Source of the DNA: Eledone cirrhosa
Taxonomy: Eukaryota
Reading direction: 5' to 3'
DNA length: 64,000 bases
Assembly (NCBI GenBank): GCA_964016885.1
Contig: OZ024742.1
Span: 316,448,001 to 316,512,000, forward strand
Below the pieces are notes generated by a model. That model saw only the letters and a list, made by a program, of their open reading frames with translations, was not told the DNA's origin and did not search any database. Made by a program: the position numbers and the translations under genes. Shown one piece after another: positions 11,741 to 24,337 of the stretch. The stretch's first letter is position 1. Each line of letters starts with the position of its first letter.

Positions 11741-12817
11741 AACAAAGTCAATCTGTAAACGCAGAAGTGGATATTTCAAAAAACGTTGCAACCGGAGGAA
11801 GACAGGAAGACGATACTTTGGTTCGTGGAAACGTTCGCTGGCAAAGAACGGGAAAAAACGAATATAATACGTCATTAATAGGAGCGGTGAAAAAAGATTT
11901 TTTACGTCTTGATGTGGGAGCTAAGTATATGTTTTGTTTATACCATTACTTATTTGCATAGGTAAGTATATATTACTCGTATGTTTTGTGAAGGTACGTA
12001 TACCTTCTCGTACGTATATTTGATTGTTTATGTTATGGCGTATAAATTTATATATTCTGGTACATATGGTTTGGCTATGTGTATACGGGAGTTTTGCGTC
12101 TGTGTTAGTATGCAGGTTCGTACGTATGTAGGGTGTGTGTATATGTGTACTTCGTGTTTTGGTTGACTTACGTCTCCGAGCATTCGTGTATTTACATGTA
12201 GGTATGTGTGTGCGCTTGTTATATACGTATTTATTTATTTATATACGTTTATATAATTATGTATTTATTTGTATACACGCATACATACACACACATATTT
12301 ATATGTGCGTGGTTTTGTATACCTATGGTAAGTGTTTTGCGTATGCTTGTGTCTGTACGTATTTGTTTGCGTGTATGTATTTATCTATTTCTATTACTTC
12401 TGTATTGTATTTATTTACTTTGTTCTTAACTCTGTAGCGGAGATTCATTCGGTCTCCTAGTTAAAATTTTAGTCTACGACTTCTGCTATACCATTTACGT
12501 GGTTTTGTCTTTGCGTGCTATTGTTGTCCACGCTCCACATATGACGTATTATCTTCGTTTTTTTCGTTCATTGTCAGAGAACGTCTCTATGAACCACCTA
12601 AGAGAACATTAGTCTTCGACCTCTTTTATACCATATACGTGGTTCTGTCGTTGCGCGTAATTGTTTTTCACCGCTCCTATTAATGACGTATTATATTCGT
12701 TTTTTCCCGTGCTTTGCCAGCGAACGTTTCCACGAACCAAAGTATAGTCTTCCTGTCTTCCTCCGGTTGCAACGTTTTTTGAAAGATCCACTTCTGCGTT
12801 TACAGATTGACTTTGTT

Positions 12818-12868
12818 AGTTTCAGAAGATCCCGTTAAGGGTGAAAGCAGCGATTCTTTGCTTAAACT
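12818..12868 (+). ncRNA. Hammerhead ribozyme, CAGAAGA (U4A) variant
   Basis: AGTTT CAGAAGA tCCCgttaaGGGt GAA AGCAG cgattct TTGCT T AAACT. Confidence 0.7.
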
Positions 12869-12884
12869 TTAATCTGTTATTTTA

Positions 12885-12917
<33 letters not shown>

Positions 12918-12922
<5 letters not shown>

Positions 12923-13410
12923 TACAATAACAGAGATAGTTTAAAGCTAAACTCTGACTGGTATCCATCTCAGTCAACAAACATTAGGTTATATTTAAAT
13001 ATAAACCCAATTTAAGTGTTTGGGGTGCTAAAAATATGTATAATGTGGAAAAACCAGTTGTATTATTTTATGAGATATAATTAAAGTTAAAATACATCTC
13101 TCTTTCCAAACAATTGTTTCATTATAAGTTTTCTACAAGTTGGGAGAATATTTCCAGTTTATGTAGAAGCCTAATATATATTCATATAAGAATATATTTA
13201 GGTGGGCGTTTATAAATCATCAGTGGAAGCCCATTAAACTTGATATAAGAAAGAAATTCTTACCGCAGTCAAAAATCGTGTCTGTTAAGTTGCTCCTTCT
13301 CGCATCAAATGACCACCAAATTTGAAATTCCAGCAGTTCTTGACTGAGGAAGTATCATAGCGACACGAAGCGGGAAGGGGAGACAACTACGATCCACGAA
13401 AGGAGGAAAT
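12918..13410 (-). mobile_element. Non-coding HHR-bearing element, diverged relative of 15112-15830
   Basis: Shared blocks gtttggggtgcta, tgtattatttta, ttctacaagttggg, tatgtagaagc; TA-flanked. Confidence 0.65.
13104..13228 (-). ncRNA. Hammerhead ribozyme with branched ~95-nt stem II
   Basis: Minus strand: TTCCA CTGATGA tTTATAA...TTATAAt GAAAC aatt GTT TGGAA. Confidence 0.8.
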
Positions 13411-13456
13411 ATATATATATATATATATAAAATATATATATAAAAAAAAAAATAAA

Positions 13457-13537
<81 letters not shown>

Positions 13538-13690
13538 TTGATATGCTTTGGGAGGGTCATGTTGCCAATAAGAAACACACGGACCAGTTGCTTTCACTTC
13601 AATTTATTATAAATTAAATTTATAAATTTAGGAATTTATAAATTTCCGGTTGGTTGGTTGTTTCCACAACCAGACGATTGTTCATATATT

Positions 13691-13733
13691 GTCAAAGTTC
13701 TTTCGTCACACATTCTGTGACCTCTTCAGTGAC
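13691..13733 (-). ncRNA. Minimal hammerhead ribozyme
   Basis: Exact reverse complement of 14210-14252. Confidence 0.8.
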
Positions 13734-14209
13734 TGGGGATTCTTTTCTTTGTTTTTGTGCCTCTCCTTTGTTCTGTCCTACGCCATCTTGTTTTTGTGTG
13801 CTGTGTGCTTAGTTTGCGCATGTGCTACATCCGGGTGTCTGTGTGTGTTTATATTTGTTTATTTATTTGTTTATTTACATGTTACTGGTTGGTTAAAAAT
13901 GGGTTAAATAACTACCTTATTCGAGTGGCGCCGATAAGGTATTGTCAGCCATTTAAAAGAAATTAAATAGAAAACATGAATAGAATAGCAACATCACAAC
14001 TTACAATTAAGGACAAAATGAAAATACACACACACATAGAAGAAACAACCAACCAGTAACATGTAAATAAACAAATAACTAAACAAATATAAACACACAC
14101 AGACACCCGGATGTAACACATGCGCAAACTAAGCACAGAACACACACCAAAACAAGATGGCGTAGGACAGAACAAAGGAGAGGCACAAAAACAAAGAAAA
14201 GAATCCCCA

Positions 14210-14252
14210 GTCACTGAAGAGGTCACAGAATGTGTGACGAAAGAACTTTGAC
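14210..14252 (+). ncRNA. Minimal hammerhead ribozyme
   Basis: GTCA CTGAAGA gGTCACAgaatgTGTGAC GAAA gaa CTT TGAC. Confidence 0.8.
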
Positions 14253-14357
14253 AATATATGAACAATCGTCTGGTTGTGGAACCAACCAACCAACCGGAAA
14301 TTTATAAATTCCTAAATTTATAAATTTAATTTATAATAAATTGAAGTGAAAGCAACT

Positions 14358-14476
14358 GGTGCATTTTTTATCGCTCTCGAAAGGATGAAAAGCAAAGTTG
14401 ACCTCGGCGGGATTAGAACTCCGAGAACAGAGAACCAGACCAGAACCAATAACATAAAGCATTCTATCGGACGCCT
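14358..14476 (-). mobile_element. tRNA-derived SINE family A, degenerate
   Basis: aaggatgaaaagcaaagttgacctcggcgggattagaactc is the reverse complement of the family core and B box. Confidence 0.75.
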
Positions 14477-15081
14477 ACACACACGTATATGTAATTCTAA
14501 ATGTATGATTTTTATGCAAATCACGTACATATATAAGTATATACATATATGTATATAATGATATGAATAATTATATAATCACTAAAGATAGAAAGACATA
14601 TAATAATATATTTACTCTCCAGCTAACCACTGCAGTAATATAACGAAGCTATCCACCATTTGATCAGTTTTTCCTGTCAATCAATGGCGATGATGTTAGT
14701 GATAAAGCGTGTAGTTACGATTTCGAATGGGAATGCTGATAACGAGGAAGATGATTATAAAAGTGAAGATTGGGAAGATGATAGGGAAATAAGATTGCAG
14801 CTGATAAGAATGATAATGAAGATAACGAAGAACATGATAAAAATGAGAAATAGAAGTAGGAGAAATACCCGATAGAAAAAATATAGATAAAAGTCGGAGA
14901 TGAGGCTTAAGAGAATTAGACAGCTGAGAAAGAAAGATTCTGAAAATAGGATTAAATTTTAACCCAGCACCTTCAGCTTTATAATTTAATGTTTAACATG
15001 GTCGTGTTTGTATATTTGTGCGTATGTATATTTCAATGAAGGCAGTGTGTGTATGCATATATGATGCATGTGTGTATGCAC

Positions 15082-15111
<30 letters not shown>

Positions 15112-15118
<7 letters not shown>

Positions 15119-15830
15119 CATAATCGGAGAAGGCTAATAGCGATACCCCAGCCAAATTCCAACTCACTCAACGAACATTAGGAAATACCTGAGTATATTC
15201 CCAATTAAACGTTTGGGGTGCTAACTATATTGTATTGTGTGAATAATTGGGTGTATTATTTTATATGATTATATCATTTCCCAGACGACTCGTTTCATTA
15301 TAAGATTTCTACAAGTTGGGTGAAAATATACCAAGTTATGTAGAAGCTTGTATAAGATCAACAGATAGTTATTCAAGTGGGTTCTTATAAATCTTCAGTG
15401 GGTAACCCAATAATATTAATATTGATAACAAAATCAACATCAATATTTAGCGATAATCACCATCAGTGTTTGAGGGCGATGCTAGGTTGTTAGTCCAGCA
15501 GTTCTAAAGAAAATCTCACACTGTCCCGAAAATGGAAGGAAGGAGGCTACCGCCAAAAACAATACATGCGCAGGTCTTTGAACGTGCTAAGAACTCAATT
15601 GGATATGAAAAAATATTCATATGTCGCACCGCTAACTGACACATATAGATATTTTATCGGGCAAAATGATAGAATGAGATACAAGAACTAACAATCAATA
15701 TTCATATACAAAATAAACAAAGAGAGTCATACCTTATATCGGGAAAGTTCATATCTGTTGCTCCAAAAGTAAATATATAAATACATAATCGGAGAAAGCT
15801 AATAGCGATACTCCGGCCAAATTCCAAATA
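15112..15830 (-). mobile_element. Non-coding HHR-bearing element with partial tandem repeat
   Basis: 15112-15161 repeated at ~15775-15827 (period ~663); TA-flanked. Confidence 0.65.
15280..15402 (-). ncRNA. Hammerhead ribozyme with branched ~95-nt stem II
   Basis: Minus strand: CCCA CTGAAGA tTTATAAGA...TCTTATAAt GAAAC gagtc GTC TGGG. Confidence 0.8.
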
Positions 15831-15976
15831 TATATATATAATATATGTAGTAATAAACACAGTAAATTGTGTGTCTAAAATTACGAGGATTGAAATACCA
15901 CGTTGGTTTGACAAATTTAACCTGAAGCAGACGGAAAATATAGAATAAATATACTGACCGTCTCAATAACTATTTC

Positions 15977-16066
15977 ATCTCTCGGACAGATTAGAAATTT
16001 AATCTGTTTCGCTCTGAAAATTGTGTTTGTAAACAGATAATCCGTAGGCATTCATCAGCGAGAGAT
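15977..16066 (-). ncRNA. Type I hammerhead ribozyme with long stems I and III
   Basis: Minus strand: ATCTCTCG CTGATGA atgcct...cagagc GAA ACAGATTA aatttc TAATCTGT C CGAGAGAT. Confidence 0.85.
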
Positions 16067-16309
16067 TAGATCAAATGCGACAAACACATACAACTAAATG
16101 CCACACAAGTGAATATTTCACCTCGTGTGCTGGACGTCAAAAGTGGTGTGAGTGGATATGCAAAAAACAATAGACTTAATACACTCAACTTATAAGCTCA
16201 CCTAGTTAAGGAGCCGAAATACAAATAAAATGCAGAGTTAATAACTCATATTGATACCCTGTAATTAACAAGCTCAAAGTATAAATACTGAGCATTATAA
16301 AATAATATA

Positions 16310-16726
16310 AGGGCGGCGAATTGGCGGTCGGACGCCATGCTTTAACGCATAGAGTTACGACCCTTGCTATTCTGAGTTCAAATCCCGCCGTGGTTAACTT
16401 TTCCTTTCATCCTTACGGGGTCGATAAAATAAAGTACTAGTCACGCACTGGGGTCGATTTAATCGACTTTCCCCTCCCCCAAAGTTGCTGGCCTTGTGCC
16501 TATATAAGAAACCATTATATAATAATATAAGGGCGGTGAATTGGCAGTATCGGTAGAGGGTCGGACGCCATGCTTTGACGCATAGAGTTACGGCCCTTGC
16601 TATTCTGAGTTCAAATCCCGCCGAGGTTAACTTTGCCTTTCATCCTTACGGGGTCGATAAAATGAAGTACCAGTAATGCACTGGGTATTTGCTGGGCTTG
16701 TGCCAAAAGTAGAAACAATTATATAA
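16310..16726 (+). mobile_element. Two head-to-tail tRNA-derived SINEs, family A
   Basis: gggcgg-gaattggc head, A-box-like TGGCAGTATCGG, B box GAGTTCAAATCCC, core gcctttcatccttacggggtcgataaaat, tail gctggccttgtgcc..agaaac; resembles octopus tRNA-derived SINEs (from recall). Confidence 0.85.
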
Positions 16727-16856
16727 TATTTTAAGTAATACATTTTCAGGGCGAAATAGATTAAATGTCTAATCTGTCCGAGAGATGAAATAGTTATTGA
16801 GACGGTCAGTATATTTATTCTATATTTACCGTTTGCTTCAGGTTAAATTCAGGTTA

Positions 16857-16966
16857 TTATATAATTGTTTCTACATTTGGCACAAGGCCAGCAATTATCC
16901 CAGTGCATTACTGGTGCTTTATTTTATCGACCCCGTAAGGATGAAAGGCAAAGTTAACCTCGGCGG
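16857..16966 (-). mobile_element. SINE family A, 3' half
   Basis: Reverse complement of family core and tail. Confidence 0.8.
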
Positions 16967-17745
16967 TTATTATATAATGCTCAGTATTTATACTTTGAGC
17001 TTGTTAATTACAGGGTATCAATATGAGTTATTAACTTTGCATTTTATTTGTATATATATAAAATTTGTATATATATATAAAATAAAGTACCAGTCACGCA
17101 TTGGGGTCGATTTAATAACGTATGTCCATAGAATCATTTGATAAGATATATACACCATCTCCTCTCCAAATCAGCATAATCAACCACACAAAAAACCAAT
17201 TAAACCAGGCTATAAGATTAAGAGGCACCTATGATGAAATAATAGATAAATAAACGAACAGCCATCTATTCGCGATCAACAGCTATAGAATATTTACCCC
17301 GCACTTCAATAGCACGTGGAAATCGATTAAATATATCTTCACCCATACACAATTAGGTATAAAATTAAAGTTAGAAGAAAAAATGTATATAAACATACCA
17401 AGATTACGTTTCTACTCCATAGGAATTTATTCGCTTTTGGAAATATCCGATCAAAGATAAATTCACGAGCTTCGAAATCATCAGGAAATAAACTCACTTG
17501 GACGAAGATTTTTCTTAAATGATCCCCGCCAGAAACGAATTCAAAATGGCTAAGAACTGTGACGTATATATATATATATATATGGTTAAAAGAATAGAGG
17601 TGTAACACACAAGTTATTATATATTGGTAAACGGAATAGAAAATGCTGACAAATTGTTCACAGTTGAAAAATGGTTTAATTAGGAATAAAAGAGTATTAG
17701 TGATTGTATGGCTTAGTATTCAGTTGTGGTTTTAAGTTTTTAAGT

Positions 17746-17782
17746 TTTTACCGGTTGCGCATTTCTAAATGCTTTTCAAAAA
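17746..17782 (-). ncRNA. Hammerhead-like motif, TTGAAAA/GCAA variant
   Basis: Reverse complement of 18635-18671. Confidence 0.5.
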
Positions 17783-18131
17783 TAATTTTGAGATAGAGTG
17801 TCCGTGCTGTTTGCTCTGATCTGATTAGTTTTGGGAATTCTACCTGTTTTTATGTTAAAAAAGTGGCTCCAGCGTTATTTTTGTGTTGCAAAAATGCTTG
17901 TGGTCAAAACAATTTTGATTGGTCGGTAGAGGTCATGTGAATGTAAAAAGTTGATTTTGCGCCAAGACTGTTTTTATGTTAAAAAAGTGGCTCCAGCAAA
18001 AATTCTTGGTCAAAACAATTTTGAGTGGTCGGTAGAGGTCATGTGGATAAAAAATTGGTTTTGCGCCAAGATTGAGAAATGACTCTTTCACAACAAATAT
18101 GTGTGTGTGTGTGTGTATGTGTGTGTGTGTC

Positions 18132-18176
<45 letters not shown>

Positions 18177-18248
18177 TAGTAGTAGTAGTAAGGTGTTCGA
18201 TGCTGCGACAATGGCCAGCAGCGATGTGTGTCAAATGGCTATTAAGGT

Positions 18249-18305
<57 letters not shown>

Positions 18306-18634
18306 GCAGAGTAATTCGATGGTCAGTAAGAATGTGTCTGAAAGCAATGGGGGGTATTTTAGCATGTCAAAAGATATTTTTCAGCTTTTGTCTTATACGG
18401 AGAAGTGCGTGTGTGTGTGTGTGTGTGTGTGTTTTTAACATAAAAACAGTCTTGGCGTAAAATCAACTTTTTACATTCGCATGACCTCTACCGACCAATC
18501 AAAATTGTTTTGACCACAAGCATTTTTGCAACACAAAAATAACGCTGGAGCCACTTTTTTAACATAAAAACAGGTAGAATTCCCAAAACTAATCAGATCA
18601 GAGCAAACAGCACGGACACTCTATCTCAAAATTA

Positions 18635-18671
18635 TTTTTGAAAAGCATTTAGAAATGCGCAACCGGTAAAA
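18635..18671 (+). ncRNA. Hammerhead-like motif, TTGAAAA/GCAA variant
   Basis: ttt TTGAAAA GCATTT ag AAATGC GCAA CCGG TA aaa. Confidence 0.5.
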
Positions 18672-18789
18672 ACTTAAAAACTTAAAACCACAACTGAATA
18701 CTAACCCATACAATCACTAATACTCTTTTATTCCTAATTAAACCATTTTTCAACTGTGAACAATTTGTCAGCATTTTCTATTCCGTTTA

Positions 18790-18831
<42 letters not shown>

Positions 18832-20239
18832 TGATTCGATGCATGCTGTGCATGTGTACATTTGCGTGTGTACTTGTGTACATATCTACTTCAGTAGACA
18901 CAATATGTATGTATATGTGTGTGTATGTGTGTGTGTATGTGTCTGTGTGCATGTGTGCGTGTGTGTATCTTTGCTCACAGCGTGCCTGCGGGCGTGTATA
19001 TATAGTATATATATTTTTGAATGGAGCAAGCAAGTTTACATCGCAATCGTAAGTTTCTGGGCTCAATCCTTCTGGGAATCATCGTTGGAAAGTGTAGGTT
19101 ATTCAGTATTTTTTGTTGATTACTAGAGGTGCTATCAATATGAGCACTACGCTATTATTTGAACAGAATTATTTTAAAAGGAAGGCTGTACTTCTCATCG
19201 TCTCTGTGTGTGGTATGTTTGTAATCTGCAGAGTGTATACGTAATGAATGAAATAATGAAGTTTCACTTTAAAATGCTCTTATTCCATATCGAACGTTAT
19301 ATAAGGTTCTCAGATGGTTGGCTTGAGCTATTTATTGGGTGCCACTGAAGAACATGAACAGAGACACTTCCTCTCCTAAAAGCATAAAGGTAATTTTCTA
19401 TAGAATTAATACTTTGAAATGTAGTCACAAGAACAGTATTTGCCTGGTGAGAGAAAGTCGCTTAAATGGCCTTAAATATTTGGTTGGTACTGTTTTTTAT
19501 CAACCTTGAAAGGATGAAATGCAAATTTGATCCCATTGGGATTTGAACTCATAATATTATGTGATGAAACATAAACTGCAACGTTTTTTTGTCTGATGTT
19601 CTGACGATTCTGCCAATCCAAGAATTAATTGTGAGCCTTCACACAACATTTTTATTATTGAAAATTTAAATGTATTGCTTAAACTTTGGTTGTTGTCAAC
19701 GATTGCGTTGAAATGGGATAAGGTTGAAAATGAATGTAGGAAATCCCTGAAATGCTCTACTGCTAACATAAGAAATCGTTACAGCAGAGGTTACCGAATT
19801 TTAAATGTAAGCTCCTGTCAGTTCAGTGAAAATTGCTTTTCATAACAAAGTAACCGGACATTTTAATCGGATACATTCGGAGGAAATTAAATGTGATGCT
19901 TCGGGACTTTTAATAATTTTCTGCTTTAAACATTTGTGAATTGAAGCTCATCGGGTCGATAGGATGTTGAATAGGAAGCAGAAAAGCAATGTCTTATAAC
20001 CTATCAACATCAATGTTGTGTGAATCTCTCTTATACGTATTTCTTGATAGCTCCAGGCAGTGCCAATGTTCTATTGAATAGTGTGTTACAGACGAAAACA
20101 GGTAACACTATGATGAATGTTTTGTCGATTCTTTTGCTAAGATCAAATATCTATTATAGAGTAGTGAGTAGAGAGTCAACTTTCGATGTCTCTACGTATA
20201 ATGCATGAACATATAGGAGTTACAAAAAATATATTAAAA

Positions 20240-20920
20240 CACTTATGACACCGAATATCTTATCCTGTAACTGACGAATAGACATTACATGGAGGTTAAT
20301 TTCATTACACATTCCTTTCCGTCGCTTCAATTGTGACTTTAGTGTCTTGGTTGCGGCATCTGTCACGTTGTACTTTTGATAGAAGATGCTCTCATCATCA
20401 TTTGCTCCGTACAGCATCCGGATGGTACTTCCGATATATGAGGAGTTATATATTCAACATGTGACCATGTAGACCACATACGCTCGCATGTACACTTCTG
20501 TGTTGTTGATTGGAAAATTAGGAAGTGTGCACATATTTTTGCATCTAGATCGGTGTCTGTAGAGTAGTCTCCTCAATGAAGGACCCGGGGGCACCAAATG
20601 TATATTCAGGACCTCTCTAGCGATGGTTTGTCTAATAGTATTGACATGCGGCAGCTTTAGGTAGTATACGTTACCTCTAGGGGTGCGTGTCCGCCTGTTC
20701 GTGTAAGTGTGTAAGTGTTGCTGCCTTGACATTTCGTTCTTTGGTGAGAAAAGTAGTGTAGCTGCTCTCGGCAAGAACTCTCTAGAATTCCACCGTGGTG
20801 ATATGTTTGTCGCTACCCTCACTACATCTGTTGCGCATCTGGTAAAACTCAATGTGTATATAGGGCATTTTGGGTCTCTAGGGAAGGGCAAAAGTCATGC
20901 TGCACAAAAATGTCTCTGCA
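20240..20920 (-). pseudogene. Degenerate Penelope-like element linker and GIY-YIG endonuclease
   Basis: CTLPNFPINNTEVYMRAYVVYMVTC*IYNSSYIGSTIRML; homologous to the element at 48170-48330. Confidence 0.75.
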
Positions 20921-21480
20921 AGCATCCGTCTAATAAAATCTGGTACATATGTATCCCTCCTTTGTTACACTTATTGTAAAGTAAAGATAGAGGTTAACAG
21001 CTACATCACCCCTAGCCAGCTAGAAATACCGGCTTTTTGAAACTTATCAATCATTTATTACACACCCCTCCCACATATGTTTATAAAAATAAAGTAAATT
21101 TCAACGATGTGAAATGTATTCAACACTGTTAGGTAGAATGGAATAACGTCTATCACAGCCAATCATTTTTATCAATATTTGTAGTGAGGCCTAACATTAC
21201 ACGACAACAAAATTTTAGCAACCAAATTCTAATTATTCTTATCAATCCGTGCCACTATACGATAGATATGGGTGTACAAAAATGCTTTGTTTAATTCGCA
21301 TAGTTGTGCAGGCGTCGACAATGTGAATGAATTAGAATTAGCTGCACAAAACATTCCTTTGAGAGATAGATATATAAGAAGCCTAGTAAGAGATAGGGGT
21401 GCACAAGGGGTACACGTGTGTGGGATTTTTGAATGAAACCGTCGTTCTTGACCAATTGCAACAGGCGTCATTATATCATC

Positions 21481-21650
21481 ATTGGCAGTATCGGTAGATG
21501 GTCGGACGCCATGCTTTGCAGCATAGAGTTTCGACCATTTACAGTCTGATTTCAAATCCCGCCGAGGTTAACTTCCTTACGGTGTCGATAAAATAAAGTA
21601 CCAGTAATGCACTGGGTAATTGCTGGCCTTGTGCCAAATGTAGAAACAAC
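21481..21650 (+). mobile_element. SINE family A
   Basis: A/B boxes, core and tail as at 16530. Confidence 0.85.
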
Positions 21651-21742
21651 TATATCATCATATCACACCATCATAATAATGATCAGAATAACCCAGTTTC
21701 CCAAGAATGTCCCACAACACGTCATGATTCAGTTAACGAAAT

Positions 21743-21926
21743 AATTTTCTACTTTTGGCACAAGGCCAGCAAATACCCAGTACATTACTGGTACTTTATT
21801 TTATCGAGCCCATAAGGATGAAATGCAAGGTTAACTTCGGCAGGATTTGAACTCAGATCGTAAAGGGAAGTAACTATGCTGGAAAGCATGTCCGACCCAC
21901 TAGCGGTACTGCCAATCCACCGCCCT
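21743..21926 (-). mobile_element. SINE family A
   Basis: Reverse-complement full-length copy. Confidence 0.85.
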
Positions 21927-22064
21927 AACGCCATAATAATAATGTCAGAAGTCAAGTCTATGTTCATTGTATATTTATTGTGATTAATGAACGATTGAGA
22001 TCAAAGTTAATAGTTCCTCGTCGAGCGCAAAATCTGTTCTAGTTTCGAGAGGATCTATAACCCT

Positions 22065-23044
<980 letters not shown>

Positions 23045-23046
<2 letters not shown>

Positions 23047-23282
23047 TATTAAAATAACAGATTAAAGTTTAAGCAAAGAATCGCTGCTTTCACCCTTAAC
23101 GGGATCATCTGAAACTCAGAGTTTCAGAAGATCCGGTAAAGGGTGAAAGCAGCGATTCTTTGCTTAAACTTTAATCTGTTATTTTAATAAATATTTGCTC
23201 TAGGGTTCTTATATATTTGATATATATTTATCCTTATCGAGCCCTCTTTGGATTTTAGTCTTCACATTTATTATTATTACTA
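23045..23282. mobile_element. Fold-back palindrome of the 11578-12890 family with two back-to-back HHRs (23066-23116 -, 23120-23170 +)
   Basis: 73-bp arms centred on 23118; cores CAGATGA and CAGAAGA. Confidence 0.8.
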
Positions 23283-23514
23283 TATATATACATATATATA
23301 TAGTAATAATAATAATAATAATTATATATATATATATATATATATAATAATATTATTTACAGTTATATATACACTATATACAACAGCAAGGGTCAGTAAT
23401 TTATTACTACCTTATTACCAGTAATAAGAATACCTCAATGTACATACATCAGATGTTATACAGATCAGGAATATAAATTACACAATAATCAAAGCTATGT
23501 TCAAATCATTTTAT

Positions 23515-23561
23515 TATTGACAATCGTTTCTTCCAAACATTTGTTTGGAATCCTCGGAGCA
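23515..23561 (-). ncRNA. Minimal hammerhead ribozyme, CCGAGGA variant (stem I damaged)
   Basis: Minus strand: tgct CCGAGGA TTCCAAAC aaat GTTTGGAA GAAAC gatt GTC aata. Confidence 0.65.
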
Positions 23562-23826
23562 CTAGCAAAGTTTGGATATATATTAAACTCCTATTCAACT
23601 GAACAGTCATATAGATACATGGATATTAATGTTGTCATCAACAGTTTCGTATTTACAGAGTGGAATGGATGTGTCCTGTATATGCCTCTATACTGCTTTA
23701 ATTATTATGGTATTCTCTTGTAATCTCTGTATAAATACGAAACTGTTGATGACAATATTAATATCCATGTATCTATATGATTGTTCAGTTGAATAAGAGG
23801 TTAATTATGTGTCCAAACTTTGGTAG

Positions 23827-23873
23827 TGCTCCGAGGAATCCAAACTAAAGTTTGGAAGAAACGATTGTCAGCA
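23827..23873 (+). ncRNA. Minimal hammerhead ribozyme, CCGAGGA (U4C) variant
   Basis: TGCT CCGAGGA atCCAAACT aa AGTTTGGaa GAAAC gatt GTC AGCA, then AATAAA. Confidence 0.8.
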
Positions 23874-23910
23874 ATAAAAATGATTTGAACATAGTTTTGA
23901 TTATTGTGTA

Positions 23911-23963
<53 letters not shown>

Positions 23964-24036
23964 TTCCGGGTTCAATCGGAGGTAACCGCAATAAGTAGGT
24001 TACTCAATACATAGCAGAGAATAAATGTTTAATATA

Positions 24037-24080
24037 CTGATGATTTCTCACGAATGAAACAGTTCTAGTGCTGTAGAAGC
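24037..24080 (+). ncRNA. Hammerhead motif of the 8091 family, 5' strand of stem I missing
   Basis: CTGATGA tttctcacgaat GAAACAG ttctagtg CTGTA gaagc. Confidence 0.55.
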
Positions 24081-24082
24081 TT

Positions 24083-24118
<36 letters not shown>

Positions 24119-24122
<4 letters not shown>

Positions 24123-24290
24123 TCATCATCATCATCATCATTTCATTTTACGTCCGCTTTTTCCCTGCTTGCAAGGGTGGGACGGGAACTGATTCTGGCT
24201 TGATTTCTACAGCTGGATGCCCTTCCTAACACCAACCTCATTTACAGTGAGTGGTGGGTGCTTTTTTGCCGTGGCACCTGCACGACCACT
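24119..24290 (-). mobile_element. SINE/RTE-type 3' tail ending in (ATG)n
   Basis: (CAT)n followed by tttacgtccgc..ttctacagctggatgcccttcctaacaccaacc; related motif on + at ~45505-45535. Confidence 0.55.
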
Positions 24291-24337
24291 TTACAGTGGA
24301 ATGATATGGACCCCAGTCCCTATCATCTCATTTCTAC

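Larger units (their letters stand above)
11578..12890. mobile_element. PLE-type inverted-repeat element (arms ~11668-11893 and ~12664-12889)
   Basis: Near-identical ~225-bp inverted arms, each with an HHR; internal degenerate repeat 12470-12570/12612-12710; TA-flanked; same family at 23045-23280. Confidence 0.8.
13583..14360. mobile_element. PLE-type inverted-repeat element (arms 13583-13894 and 14047-14360)
   Basis: ~312-bp near-perfect inverted arms with an identical HHR in each. Confidence 0.8.
17585..18796. mobile_element. PLE-type inverted-repeat element (arms ~17621-17985 and ~18432-18796)
   Basis: ~365-bp near-identical inverted arms; internal ~123-bp tandem repeat; (GT)n-rich spacer; same family at 52167-52445. 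Confidence 0.8.
23474..23916. mobile_element. PLE 3'-end inverted repeat (arms ~23474-23660 and ~23725-23916)
   Basis: Inverted arms; HHR and tail homologous to 6655-6745. Confidence 0.8.

Noticed and set aside
17403-17490. Minus-strand CTGATGA...GAAACGTA with internal GAATTTAT/ATAAATTC stem
   Set aside because: No convincing stem I or stem II base; possibly a decayed HHR but not supportable
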